DNA of 64,000 nucleotides from Verrucomicrobiota bacterium (GCA_049510745.1 JBEKYR010000014.1:1-64000), one strand, 5' to 3'; shown: positions 19,903 through 29,537, numbered from the stretch's first letter. Notes: generated from the sequence alone by a model not told the origin. Program-made: numbers and translations.

Positions 19903-22900
19903 TCACCACGAAACCGCCAGCAGCGCCGTGGCGGCCGTTCCCCGGTCTTCGCGTTCGCGCAATGACTGCACAACCGCTGCGAAGGAGCGCGCCACGCTGC
20001 CTTCAAAAATGGCCCGCCCGCCCGCCATCACACGCACCGGACGATCCAAATCCAGCAGCGCGTCGGAAAGGCGCAGCGTCAGGCTGCCGGCGCCGGGCGC
20101 TTCGATGCTGATCGTTTGCCCTTCGACACGCACGGCATAAATTTCATTGGGCCGCACCGCCTCGGGCGCCCGTTCCAGCCAGTAAAACCGCGTGTCCGTG
20201 ACCTCGTCCTCCTGTTGCCACACCACGCGCTTGGGCCACTCGTCGCGCGCCAGCGGTGACATGCGCGGAATCACCTCGGCTTCGCGGCCCTGCATGTTGT
20301 GTGGCAGGCCGGGATACACCGTCAGCCGATGGACGTAGCCCCTCGGATCAGCCGCCTGCAATTCATCGAGTTTTGCGTTGAACTCGCGCACCACCGTGTT
20401 CCGGTTGTAGGCGGAATCCTCGCCCCCCATGTAAAGGAAAAACGGCAGGTTGCGCAACCCTTCCGGGGTGACGTGGTTCGGATGCCCGGCGCACATCGCG
20501 GCCGCGGCCAGGCGGTCGGACAGCCGCGGGGCCAGTTGATAAACGCCATCGCCGCCCGCTGAGTAGCCCATCAGATAAACGCGGTCCGGATCGACTCCCC
20601 GCTCCATCACCATGTCGGCGATCAACCGGTCGAACAGGCCGTCCGCCTCCTTGATGTGCCACATGTTCCAGGTGTCCGCCGGCGCGCGCGGCGCGACGTT
20701 GATGCTGCCCGGCGGAAATTCATACCGCCCGTAATAGCCTCTCCAGTTCCGGTCGTTCTCCTCCGTGGTGGCCTCGCCCCCGCCGTGCATCGTGATCCAC
20801 AGGCTGTGTTTGCCGTCCGGCGCGTCGCCAAAAGTTTTTTCCATCCACTTCAGGGTTTTGTTTCCCATCACGATTTTTTTCGCGGACACTTCTTCCGCCG
20901 CCGATTGCGCCCTGGTTCTGCAAACGTCCTCCCAGGCGAGCGAAATCAATCGCTCCGCCTCGGCGCGGCTGAACTTCAAATCGGGCGGCGCGCCGCGCTC
21001 GGCGGCCGGACGGGCCAGCCAGGCTTCGGCCTGCAGAACGCAGGGCGGCGTCGGCGCCAGGTCGCTCCAAACAAAATCCAGCGTGTGCCTGTTCGCGCAC
21101 GACGCGCAGGACACGGCCTTTTCCCTCGCTTCGCCGTCGCGCGCGAAACGAAATGTCACGCTGGCGGCATGGTCCGGCAACGTGAACTCCGGCATGTCGT
21201 TCAAGTCCGCGGTGCCGGCGCGGGTGTGATCGTGTGAGAGAAGGTTGCCGCTCGCCGAACGCAGTTCGACCTCGGCGGATAATCGCTCGCCATCGGCTTT
21301 CTCGCGCAGACGCACCTGCACCACCGTCGCCGTGGTGTTTGTCTCCACCGCGAGCGCGGCGTAGCGGGCGGAGACATTGACCGCGGGCACATCGCGCGAT
21401 GCGCGGTCCCAGGCCAGCGGAAAATACTGGCCGGTGCGCCGCCAGCTTGTGGCGTAAATTTGATGGAGCGGATTGGCGCTGCGCGCCGTTTTGGCGGCGT
21501 CGCTGTTGAACCAGGCGCGGTTGAGGCCGTTCTTGTCATATTCATCCGCGCCGGCGAAATACCAGTCCCCGTCCCAAATCTCGACCCACGTGTGGTTCCC
21601 ATCCTTGTGCGCCCATTCGGGTACGCCAGCGACGCGCGCCGGCACGCCGACCGCCCGACACGCATCCACCAAAATGATGGCCAGGCCGGTGCAGGTGGCT
21701 TTGCCCTGTTCGATGGATTCCTTCGGGCTTTGATTGTTGCGTTTGCGGCCCAGGTTGTAGTGAACGTTGAGCCGTTTGAAGAGGTCGCGGTTCAACGCCT
21801 GCGCGGCTTCCGTCCCCGTTTTGCAGTCGCGCACGATGTCGGAGGCAATCCGGTAAAACTCCGCCCGCCACGGATCGCGCGGTTCGTCCAGCGATGCGTA
21901 AGGCACCACGTCGTTCAAGAACATCCGCTCCGGCACGGCGGCTGCCCACGAAAATTTCTTTCGAGCCTCGAGCGCCAGCGAAAGATTCTCCATCAGAAAA
22001 TCACTGCTCAATTCGGCCCGGTCGCTGGCGGCCATGTTGTCCACAAGAAAATACGCCGCGCGGCGGCCGGGTTCTCCCTCCTTTGCCGCGGCGGCCGCAA
22101 TGAAGGTTGCCGTTTCGACCGGCATCGTTTCGTCCAGTTTCAGCAACCGATCCTGGCGAATCCGCCAGACGCGGCGGCGCTCGCCGTCTTTGAAAGCCGC
22201 CGCGCAGGCGTAGCCGTCAGCGGTCGGTTCGAGGACGGGTTGTTCGAGGCCGGGCGGAAGTTCGCGGCTGTTCCACCCCAGTTCAACCAGGTTTGTGGCC
22301 CAGCGTTTGTGGGCGTTCCAGAGATCCCGCTGCGCGTAGTAAATTTCCAGCGCGCGATCGCGCGCGTCCTTGCCGGGAATTGGCGCAACTGAAATTTTTT
22401 CGCCCGCGGACTGGCGGGTGAATTGCAGCAGGCCCCACATTTCCGGACGATGCATGTCCACCACCCCCTGCGGCGACCAGACCCAATTATCCTCGGCCGT
22501 GTCCGGCACTTTCCTGTAAACGCCGCCGTTGGTGGTGATTTGCCACTCGACGCGCGAGAAGTTAATGCGCCATTGCTCGCCTTCGGTCGGCGGGCCGGCG
22601 TGACGGGCGTGTTCCGCGAGCACTTTCCACGGGAATGCGATTTCAACGCTCCAGCCTTGGTCGGTGTCGGCGGGATTGTTGAGCGTGCCGTTGACGTGGA
22701 CCGCGGTTTTCAGCCCGGGAATGTCCCACGCGTTGTCCGGCTTGCCTTGATCCATGTAAGGCTTGTCGAGCATCAAGTCCCAACTGGTGTTCAGCGCGTT
22801 CATCTCGAATTCGTAGTAAGCGTGCGTGTCGCCATCGGGATCAATGAACACCTCGAAATCGGGGTCCTCGAAAATGACCGAGTCGTGCTGCGTCAGCGTG

Positions 22901-23256
22901 GCCCAGACGTGCGGTTCTTCAAGCTCGGCCGCAATGTAGAGATAATCGTCGTCCCAGAGCAGTTTCGCCCGCGTGCGCAAGCGCGGTTTGGGCTTGGCGC
23001 CGTCTTGAATGTCCACGAAATCAGTCGTCCACGGCGCTTCGGCCCACGCGGCCTTGTCCAGCTTTCCATCCACCAAAATCGGCGCGGCGGTGTGGCGGCA
23101 GAGATAGCCGTGCGGAACGATCGGTTCCATCTTTTCCCGCCACTCATCGAATTCACCGGCGTCGCACCGCCAAACGGCGGTCCCCGCCAGCAACAGCCTC
23201 ACAAGGTAACTGCAACCTTGCTTCCAGCAATGATCCATGCTTTGTCGTTTTTTCAT
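19903..23256 (-). CDS. Multidomain protein: CBM9-like domain + transglutaminase-like domain + alpha/beta hydrolase
   Basis: CBM9-like VDGKLD..AW, LLWDDDYLYI, YYEFEMNALN, WRINFSR; transglutaminase-like ATCTGL...GVPARVAG...NHTWVEIWD; hydrolase HGGG, RVYLMGYSAGGDG, GLPHNM. Confidence 0.8.
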   Translation of the reverse strand: MKKRQSMDHCWKQGCSYLVRLLLAGTAVWRCDAGEFDEWREKMEPIVPHGYLCRHTAAPILVDGKLDKAAWAEAPWTTDFVDIQDGAKPKPRLRTRAKLLWDDDYLYIAAELEEPHVWATLTQHDSVIFEDPDFEVFIDPDGDTHAYYEFEMNALNTSWDLMLDKPYMDQGKPDNAWDIPGLKTAVHVNGTLNNPADTDQGWSVEIAFPWKVLAEHARHAGPPTEGEQWRINFSRVEWQITTNGGVYRKVPDTAEDNWVWSPQGVVDMHRPEMWGLLQFTRQSAGEKISVAPIPGKDARDRALEIYYAQRDLWNAHKRWATNLVELGWNSRELPPGLEQPVLEPTADGYACAAAFKDGERRRVWRIRQDRLLKLDETMPVETATFIAAAAAKEGEPGRRAAYFLVDNMAASDRAELSSDFLMENLSLALEARKKFSWAAAVPERMFLNDVVPYASLDEPRDPWRAEFYRIASDIVRDCKTGTEAAQALNRDLFKRLNVHYNLGRKRNNQSPKESIEQGKATCTGLAIILVDACRAVGVPARVAGVPEWAHKDGNHTWVEIWDGDWYFAGADEYDKNGLNRAWFNSDAAKTARSANPLHQIYATSWRRTGQYFPLAWDRASRDVPAVNVSARYAALAVETNTTATVVQVRLREKADGERLSAEVELRSASGNLLSHDHTRAGTADLNDMPEFTLPDHAASVTFRFARDGEAREKAVSCASCANRHTLDFVWSDLAPTPPCVLQAEAWLARPAAERGAPPDLKFSRAEAERLISLAWEDVCRTRAQSAAEEVSAKKIVMGNKTLKWMEKTFGDAPDGKHSLWITMHGGGEATTEENDRNWRGYYGRYEFPPGSINVAPRAPADTWNMWHIKEADGLFDRLIADMVMERGVDPDRVYLMGYSAGGDGVYQLAPRLSDRLAAAAMCAGHPNHVTPEGLRNLPFFLYMGGEDSAYNRNTVVREFNAKLDELQAADPRGYVHRLTVYPGLPHNMQGREAEVIPRMSPLARDEWPKRVVWQQEDEVTDTRFYWLERAPEAVRPNEIYAVRVEGQTISIEAPGAGSLTLRLSDALLDLDRPVRVMAGGRAIFEGSVARSFAAVVQSLREREDRGTAATALLAVSW

Positions 23257-23352
23257 GACGGCGTCAGATTAAATTCTCCGCACTCTCTAACAATGGTCCC
23301 AACTCGGTTCAAGTGTGAAGCGCATGTTCGCAGTCTTCCGGGCCTCTTGCCC

Positions 23353-23367
23353 TCACGTAAACGCGGG
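23353..23367. promoter_or_regulatory. Putative regulator box, copy 4 (TCACGTAAACGCGGG)
   Basis: About 100 bp upstream of the first gene of the minus-strand locus. Confidence 0.65.
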
Positions 23368-23450
23368 AGTCCGGAAGGCGCCCTCCGAATTGAGACCCGG
23401 TATAACTTGCCTGATTGACTATTCCCCCGCATTGGTGTTACTAATCTGGG

Positions 23451-23903
23451 ATGATAAATCTTAATGATTTAACAGCAAGTCAACTCCACCGCGTTATCGC
23501 GATTAAAGAACAAATTGAGAAGCTCCAGGGCGAACTCGCCTCCCTCGCCGGTGACATCGGCGAAAGACCGGTCCCCTTCAAGGCCAGGCGCCGCCGCATG
23601 TCCGCCGCCGCCCGGGCGAGGATTGCCGCCGGCGCCAGGGCCAGATGGGCCAGGGTCAAAGGAAGAAAGGCCGCGGCTTTCAAGCCCGCGAAGAAGGGCA
23701 AGAGGCGATTAAGCGCGGCTGGAAGGGCGGCCATTATCGCTGCCACAAAGGCCAGATGGGCCAGAGTCAGAGGCACTCCGGTCACACCGCAGGCGGCCAA
23801 AAAGGCGGATCGACGCAGCAGTCCGGCCGTCAGGGCCAAGCTTGCGGCGGCTGCCCGCGCCCGATGGGCCGCGGCCAGAGCGGCTGGCAAGACCAGCCTG
23901 TAA
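23451..23903 (+). CDS. Small basic Ala/Arg/Lys-rich repeat protein, probable nucleoid-associated protein
   Basis: N-terminal coiled coil (IAIKEQIEKLQGELASL) followed by three S-A/P-A-x-R-A-x-I/L-x-A-x-x-R/K-A-R-W repeats. Confidence 0.75.
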   Translation: MINLNDLTASQLHRVIAIKEQIEKLQGELASLAGDIGERPVPFKARRRRMSAAARARIAAGARARWARVKGRKAAAFKPAKKGKRRLSAAGRAAIIAATKARWARVRGTPVTPQAAKKADRRSSPAVRAKLAAAARARWAAARAAGKTSL

Positions 23904-24011
23904 GCTCCGGGCCAAAGGCAGGGTACTTAACGCCCCGCCAGCAGTAATTGGGACGGAACCTCCACTATGTGCGAGGGCGCATTTCTTTTTTTGGGTGGCG
24001 GTTTCCGGTTC

Positions 24012-24044
24012 CTAATCTTAATCTTGCTCTTAATCTTAATCTTA
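24012..24044. repeat. Hexamer tandem repeat (TTAATC)
   Basis: ctaatc-ttaatc-ttgctc-ttaatc-ttaatc-tta between convergent genes; related units occur at 25163-25185 and 33180-33197. Confidence 0.75.
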
Positions 24045-24695
24045 GTGATACCCAAATCCCGGTGTGTTGAAGGAAAACGTCATTTCCGATTCCCGGAAGC
24101 TCCTGTAATTCTTGACGTGCCAGTCGGAGAACAGGATGTTGACCCGGTTGTTGTGCGTGGGCGGATTGTACGCAAACAACACGTTGGTGTCGTTGTCATT
24201 GAGGTCGGCGTTGATCGCGTAGGAGGGATAGTTGCAGTCGCCGGACAGGATGTAAAGCGAGGGATAGCTGATGCTCCGCAGGTTCACGCTCGATGGCGTG
24301 TCGCCCGCCGTCACGTAAAAAGCCACCGATCCCATGAAGTAGCTGTAGCCGGAATGGTTGTAAAACGAGTTGAAGCCGGGGCAGCGCAGGACATTGGTGT
24401 TGTTGCCGTAATAGGAAAGCAGCGCGAACGTCCAGGGCGTCGGCTGGTTTGTCCAGGCCCCGGCGCTGGGCGTCTTGATGTCCGCGTAGGACACGGGCAG
24501 CCGGTCGTCGCTGTCGTCGGCGTACATTTGCATGCCCAGACCGATCTGACGGAGATTGTTGACGCAATAGATGGCGACGCCTTTCTCCTTCGCCTTGGCC
24601 AGGGCCGGAAGCAGCATGCTGGCCAAAATCGAAATGATCGAAATCACGACCAACAGTTCGATCAGCGTAAATGCTCCTTGCTTGTTCTTCACCAC
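24042..24695 (-). CDS. Prepilin-type protein with a variant H-X9-DW C-terminal motif
   Basis: [30 protein letters not shown]...[27 protein letters not shown]. Confidence 0.88.
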   Translation of the reverse strand: MVKNKQGAFTLIELLVVISIISILASMLLPALAKAKEKGVAIYCVNNLRQIGLGMQMYADDSDDRLPVSYADIKTPSAGAWTNQPTPWTFALLSYYGNNTNVLRCPGFNSFYNHSGYSYFMGSVAFYVTAGDTPSSVNLRSISYPSLYILSGDCNYPSYAINADLNDNDTNVLFAYNPPTHNNRVNILFSDWHVKNYRSFRESEMTFSFNTPGFGYH

Positions 24696-24770
24696 ATTAC
24701 CTTGCTCCTTGCCCCAACTTAACCTCGCCGGCCCGCTTTGGCCAGCAAAATAACTCTGCCGGACGCGCTC

Positions 24771-25070
24771 TCATTTCTGCGCGGCCGCTTTGGCGTTCAC
24801 TTTGTTCATCGTGTCCTCCAGAATCTTCCGCTGTTTCACGTCCATTTTGATGCTGTAACCCAACCCTCTCAGCGGCTTGATTGCGGCGACGTAATTGCTG
24901 GCCTCGATGGCGGTCAACGCCTGCTCCAATTGCTGCTTGGGCTCGCCGGAGAGCGATTGGAAGGCCTCGCGGACCTTGGCGGTGTCGATGTTCTTGTTGG
25001 AACACCCGATGGCGGCCAGGCACACCGTCCCGGCCAGGGCGGAAAGAAGAATCAACCTTTTTTTCATCAT
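24771..25070 (-). CDS. Small helical lipoprotein
   Basis: MMKKRLILLSALAGTVCLAAIG-C lipoprotein signal followed by an amphipathic helical body. Confidence 0.75.
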   Translation of the reverse strand: MMKKRLILLSALAGTVCLAAIGCSNKNIDTAKVREAFQSLSGEPKQQLEQALTAIEASNYVAAIKPLRGLGYSIKMDVKQRKILEDTMNKVNAKAAAQK

Positions 25071-25162
25071 GCGCGTTCTTTGCCTCAACGCACAGGCCAC
25101 TGTATCAGGTTCCTTGGCTTTGTCTGTCTTTTTGTGCAGCAATTTCTTGCTCCTCAACTTAT

Positions 25163-25285
25163 TCTTGCCCTTAATCTTAATCCCCTTCCCGGCCTGTCCG
25201 CCGGCCAGTGCGCCATTGCTTTGGCGGCGGCGGAGGCCTCGGCGAAGGCGGAAGGGCAGGACGGGGATTAAAATAAAGGTCAAGA
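25163..25285. repeat. REP/MITE-like element with terminal inverted repeats
   Basis: TCTTGCCCTTAATCTTAATCCCC (25163-25185) pairs with GGGGATTAAAATAAAGGTCAAGA (25263-25285) at 20/23 positions; GC-rich core. Confidence 0.6.
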
Positions 25286-27153
25286 TCAAAAATAACAAAC
25301 ATGATGGCGCGCGCCGGTTTCCGAAATGGATTGCCGCCACCGCGGCTTTTCTGGCGTTTGAGGGCGAACTGATGGCCGGCAAGAGGCTCCTGCCCGATTT
25401 CGGCGGCGCCGCCTACGTCTGGTGCGGGGTCGTGCTCTTTTTCCAATTGCTCGTCGTGGCGGCCTATTACGGCAGCCGCCGCCTGGGGCAGGCGCCTCGC
25501 CAAAGGGAAATCCTCCTTGGCTTGGGCCTGAGCGGATTATTGACTCTTCTGCCGCAACCCATCCGCGCCTCCTGGCTTCCGCTGGAATTGCAGCCGCTGG
25601 CCGCGTTGCTCCCCTTTGCCGGGCTGGCCACGGCCCTCTTTTGCGCCACGCCGCTCCTGCACCAAACGCAGGCCGATCGCGGCGACTTTTCCATTTACGC
25701 CTGGTCCAACGCCGGCGCGCTGGCCGGCCTGATTTGCTACCCACTCCTGGTCGAACCGTTCACGGACCTTTCCACGCAAAATTGGGTCTGGGTCGCGGGC
25801 GGCCTTTTCGTGTGCGTTTTCGGGTTGCGCGAGGCGCGTCTCGGGCCGGTCAGCCCCGCGGCATCCGCCGGCATCGGCAAAACGCGCTGGCAATGGTGGG
25901 TCCTTCCGGCCGTCAGCAGTGCCACCATGCTGGCCACGACCAACCAGATCAGCTACGAAGCCGCCGCCGGTCCGCTGGCCTGGGCCATGCCGCTGGCCCT
26001 GTTTCTGGCCACCTACGTCTGGGCCTTTTCCGGCAATCGCCAGGACTCCCTCGGCCTGCTGGCCGCCGCCGGATTGGCGGCCTTGACTGCTTCCCACATG
26101 GTGACGGAGGCCCGCAGCCCCTTGTTGCTGGGCTTCGCCCTCCTCGCCGGCGGGACCAGCATGCTCGCCTGCCACGTCTGGCTGGCCGCCTCGCGCAATG
26201 TCAATACTCACGGTTTCTATTCCGCCTCCGCCATCGGCGGCGCGCTGGGCAGCGCGCTGATGGTGCTGGTCATTCCGCGCGTGACCAACGGTCCCGTCGA
26301 ATTTCCCATTCTGACCTTGAGCGTCCTGACCATTGCCGGATTTTTGTGGAGCGGCCGCGTCGTCCGGCCTATTCTCACCACCTGCGCCGTCGTCGCCATT
26401 GGCGGAACCCTTGCCGCCGAATCCAGCGGTCGCGCCAATGAAGTCGCCCGCGCCCGCACCCTCTACGGTTGCTGGCGCGTGACCCGCAAGCCGGACACGC
26501 AATTCTACTCGCTCATTAACAACACCACCACCCATAGTGAAGAAGACCGCCGCAATCCCAGCGCCGGCATGAGCTATTACGGCAAGGAAACCGGCCTGGG
26601 CCGGCTCATTCTGCAACGGCAACAATCGACCAACGCCTTGAAATCAGGCGTGGTGGGCTTGGGCGCCGGCACTCTCAACCGCTACCTCCGCCCGCAGGAC
26701 TCCATCATCTATTACGAGTTGGACCCGAAAGTCGAGCAGTTGGCCCGCGCCTGGTTTACCTATCTGGACAATCCCCGCAGCCGCGTCGTGCTGGGCGACG
26801 GCCGCAAATCCTTGGAACAGGAATCACAAAAGTTCGACCTCATCATCCTCGACGCCTTCAACGGCGACGCCATCCCGATGCATCTGCTGACCCGCGAAGC
26901 CGGCGAAATCTACCGCCGCCGTTTGAACGCCGGCGGCGCGCTGGCCATTCACATCACCAACGCCCACGTTGACCTGCGCCCGGTCGCCACGGGCCTGGCC
27001 CGCTCCATGTCCACCGGTTGCGAGTTCTCCATCGCGGGAAGGGTCCGTTGGGCCATCTTGCGTCCCGGCGGACCGGCCCCTTCCGGCGCGGCGCGGCTCT
27101 GGACCGATCAGCGGAGCAGCCTTCTCGGCCTGTTCAAGCAACGGGAGCAATGA
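25216..27153 (+). CDS. Fused multi-TM membrane / spermidine-synthase-like SAM-fold protein
   Basis: LLPDFGGAAYVW..LFFQ, YAWSNAGAL, VVGLGAGTL, YELDPKV, GDGRKSL, DLIILDAFNGDAIPMHLLTREA. The true start is unclear (see findings). Confidence 0.8.
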   Translation: MLWRRRRPRRRRKGRTGIKIKVKIKNNKHDGARRFPKWIAATAAFLAFEGELMAGKRLLPDFGGAAYVWCGVVLFFQLLVVAAYYGSRRLGQAPRQREILLGLGLSGLLTLLPQPIRASWLPLELQPLAALLPFAGLATALFCATPLLHQTQADRGDFSIYAWSNAGALAGLICYPLLVEPFTDLSTQNWVWVAGGLFVCVFGLREARLGPVSPAASAGIGKTRWQWWVLPAVSSATMLATTNQISYEAAAGPLAWAMPLALFLATYVWAFSGNRQDSLGLLAAAGLAALTASHMVTEARSPLLLGFALLAGGTSMLACHVWLAASRNVNTHGFYSASAIGGALGSALMVLVIPRVTNGPVEFPILTLSVLTIAGFLWSGRVVRPILTTCAVVAIGGTLAAESSGRANEVARARTLYGCWRVTRKPDTQFYSLINNTTTHSEEDRRNPSAGMSYYGKETGLGRLILQRQQSTNALKSGVVGLGAGTLNRYLRPQDSIIYYELDPKVEQLARAWFTYLDNPRSRVVLGDGRKSLEQESQKFDLIILDAFNGDAIPMHLLTREAGEIYRRRLNAGGALAIHITNAHVDLRPVATGLARSMSTGCEFSIAGRVRWAILRPGGPAPSGAARLWTDQRSSLLGLFKQREQ

Positions 27154-27162
27154 AGCCAACTC

Positions 27163-29232
27163 ATGAACCTTGACCACGCAAACTTGACAAGGAAGAAGTC
27201 GCTGGTTTGCGCCTTGCTCGCCGTGGCCGTGCTGGCCGTCTTTTGGCCCGCCCTCCGCTGCGGCTTCGTTGATTATGACGACCTCGATTACGTCACCTTA
27301 AACACCCACGTTCAACACGGCTTGAACGGGCCGGCCGTCCATTGGGCCTTGACCACCGCGCACGCCGCCAATTGGCATCCGCTGACTTGGGTGTCGCACA
27401 TGGTGGATTGCCAGCTTTACGGGCTTCAGCCTGCCGGGCATCATTTGACCAGCCTGCTGTTGCACCTGGCCAATGCCCTCTTGCTCTTCCTGCTCCTCAA
27501 CCGCCTGACCGGCGCGCTCTGGCCCAGCGCGTGGGTGGCGGCGCTCTTCGCCCTCCATCCCTTGCGCGTCGAATCGGTCGTCTGGGTGGCCGAGCGCAAG
27601 GATGTGCTCAGTTCGTTTTTCTGGATGCTCTCCGTCGGCGCTTACGTCCGCTACGCGGACCAATTCAAAGTTTCCAACCCCGAATCCTTCCGGGGCAACA
27701 GTTCAGTTCCCCTTCCCCAATCCTCCTCCGCCAAGACTGCGGAGGCCGCAAGCAACGGAGGACAACAGTTCAAAATCTTCTACGCGCTGGCCCTGGTGTT
27801 TTTCGCCTTCGGTTTGATGTCCAAACCGATGCTCGTGACGCTGCCCTTTGTCTTGCTCCTGCTGGATTATTGGCCGCTCGGCCGGTTGCAGTTCGGAGCC
27901 GCCTTCTCGTGGCGGCTGATCGCGGAGAAGATTCCCTTCCTCCTCCTGGCCGCCGCCTCCAGCGCCGTCACTTTCCTTGTGCAAAGCCATTCCGGCGTGC
28001 TGGCCTCGCTCTCCGCCGTTTCCCTGGGCCAACGGCTGGCCAACGTCCCCGTAGCCTACGTGCGCTATGTGGCCAAGATTTTCTGGCCGTCGGGGCTGGC
28101 CGTGTTTTACGGCTATGAACACTGGAGTTTTTACCAGGTGGCCGGCGCGCTTTTTCTTCTGGGATCGATGACGTTCTTCGTCGTGCGGCAGAGGCGGGCG
28201 CGGCCCTATTTGGCGGTGGGCTGGTTTTGGTTCTTGGGCATGCTCGCTCCCACCATCGGCCTGGTGCAAGTGGGCCATCAATCGATGGCCGACCGTTACA
28301 CCTACCTTCCCAGCGTGGGCATCTCGCTCATGGTGGCCTGGGGATTGCGCGAGGGGGCGGCGCGCCGTCCTTGGCTGCTCAAAGCCGCCGCCGCGGCTGC
28401 CGTGCTGGCGCTGGCCGCCTGCGCGGTCTTGACGCCCCGCCAAATCGCTTTTTGGAGAAATCCTGTCGCCCTCTTCTCCCGCGCCGCCGATATTTCCGAT
28501 CAAGACTCCCAGACTTGTTACAATGTCGGGTGCGCCGTGATGGAGCAGGGCAACTTTGTCCGCGCCGCCAGATGCTTTGAACGGGCGCTCAAAGTCGCCG
28601 GCAAGAACGCTCCGCCTTCGTTCCTCGCCCGGACCAAAAACAATCTCGGCTGCGCCTTTTTGGAGCAAGGTCGGATTCCCAACGCCATTTCCAATTTTGA
28701 AAGCGCCCTGGCGTTGCAACCGGCGTTTCCCCAGGCCTACTTCAACATGGGCCGCGCCTTCCTGACCAATGGCCAGCCCGACGTCGCGGTCGATTGCTTC
28801 CAACGCGCCCTGGCCCTGGACTCCGGCGTGGCCGAAATCCATTACAGGTTAGCCAACGCCCTGCTCCAATTGGGCCGCCCGGCCCAGGCCATTGCCGAGT
28901 ACTCCCAGACCCTCCGCCTTCGCCCAAGCATGGACGAAGCGGCCAACAACTTGGCCTGGCTCCTGGCCACTTGCTCCGACCGCTCCTTGCGCGACCCCGC
29001 CAAGGCCATCGCGCTGGCCCGCCAAGCCAGCGCCCACAGCCGCGACCAGAATCCGCGCATTCTCGGCACCCTCGCCGCCGCCTACGCGGAAGCGGGAAGA
29101 TTCTCCGAGGCCGCGGCCACCGCGCAACAGGCCCGTCAATTGGCCCTGGCTCGAAACGACCCCGCGCTGGCCGCGGTCCTCCAATCCCAATTGCGCCAGT
29201 ATCAGCTTGGCAACGAACCTTCCCACCCGTGA
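27163..29232 (+). CDS. TMTC-like membrane glycosyltransferase (GT-C fold) with C-terminal TPR repeats
   Basis: FVDYDDLDYV, NWHPLTW, LFALHPLRVESVVWVAERKDVL, LMSKPMLVTLP, ADRYTYLP, then TPR repeats. Confidence 0.85.
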   Translation: MNLDHANLTRKKSLVCALLAVAVLAVFWPALRCGFVDYDDLDYVTLNTHVQHGLNGPAVHWALTTAHAANWHPLTWVSHMVDCQLYGLQPAGHHLTSLLLHLANALLLFLLLNRLTGALWPSAWVAALFALHPLRVESVVWVAERKDVLSSFFWMLSVGAYVRYADQFKVSNPESFRGNSSVPLPQSSSAKTAEAASNGGQQFKIFYALALVFFAFGLMSKPMLVTLPFVLLLLDYWPLGRLQFGAAFSWRLIAEKIPFLLLAAASSAVTFLVQSHSGVLASLSAVSLGQRLANVPVAYVRYVAKIFWPSGLAVFYGYEHWSFYQVAGALFLLGSMTFFVVRQRRARPYLAVGWFWFLGMLAPTIGLVQVGHQSMADRYTYLPSVGISLMVAWGLREGAARRPWLLKAAAAAAVLALAACAVLTPRQIAFWRNPVALFSRAADISDQDSQTCYNVGCAVMEQGNFVRAARCFERALKVAGKNAPPSFLARTKNNLGCAFLEQGRIPNAISNFESALALQPAFPQAYFNMGRAFLTNGQPDVAVDCFQRALALDSGVAEIHYRLANALLQLGRPAQAIAEYSQTLRLRPSMDEAANNLAWLLATCSDRSLRDPAKAIALARQASAHSRDQNPRILGTLAAAYAEAGRFSEAAATAQQARQLALARNDPALAAVLQSQLRQYQLGNEPSHP

Positions 29233-29291
29233 GTTTCCAGCGCAAAATGGGTATTGCGTTCTATGGGCGTCTGGTATTCCCTTTTAGCGGA

Positions 29292-29537
29292 ATGACAACG
29301 ATTACCTGCAAGATTCCCGAACGGATCGACACCGAACTGGAGGCCGTGGCCGAAAAGCGGGGGGTCTCGAAATCAACGGTGATTCGGGAAGCCATCGAGG
29401 CAAATCTGGAACAGCAAAAAAGACGGGTCAAACTTTCCGCCCATGATGTCATGAAGGACGCCTGTGGCGTCATCAAAGGCGGCCCACGCGACCGCTCTTG
29501 GAACCCCAAGCGGATGGAGGGGTTTGGGCGTGACTGA
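29292..29537 (+). CDS. Ribbon-helix-helix (CopG-like) antitoxin
   Basis: MTTITCKIPERIDTELEAVAEKRGVSKSTVIREAI...GPRDRSWNPKRMEGFG; overlaps the following PIN-toxin remnant. Confidence 0.82.
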   Translation: MTTITCKIPERIDTELEAVAEKRGVSKSTVIREAIEANLEQQKRRVKLSAHDVMKDACGVIKGGPRDRSWNPKRMEGFGRD

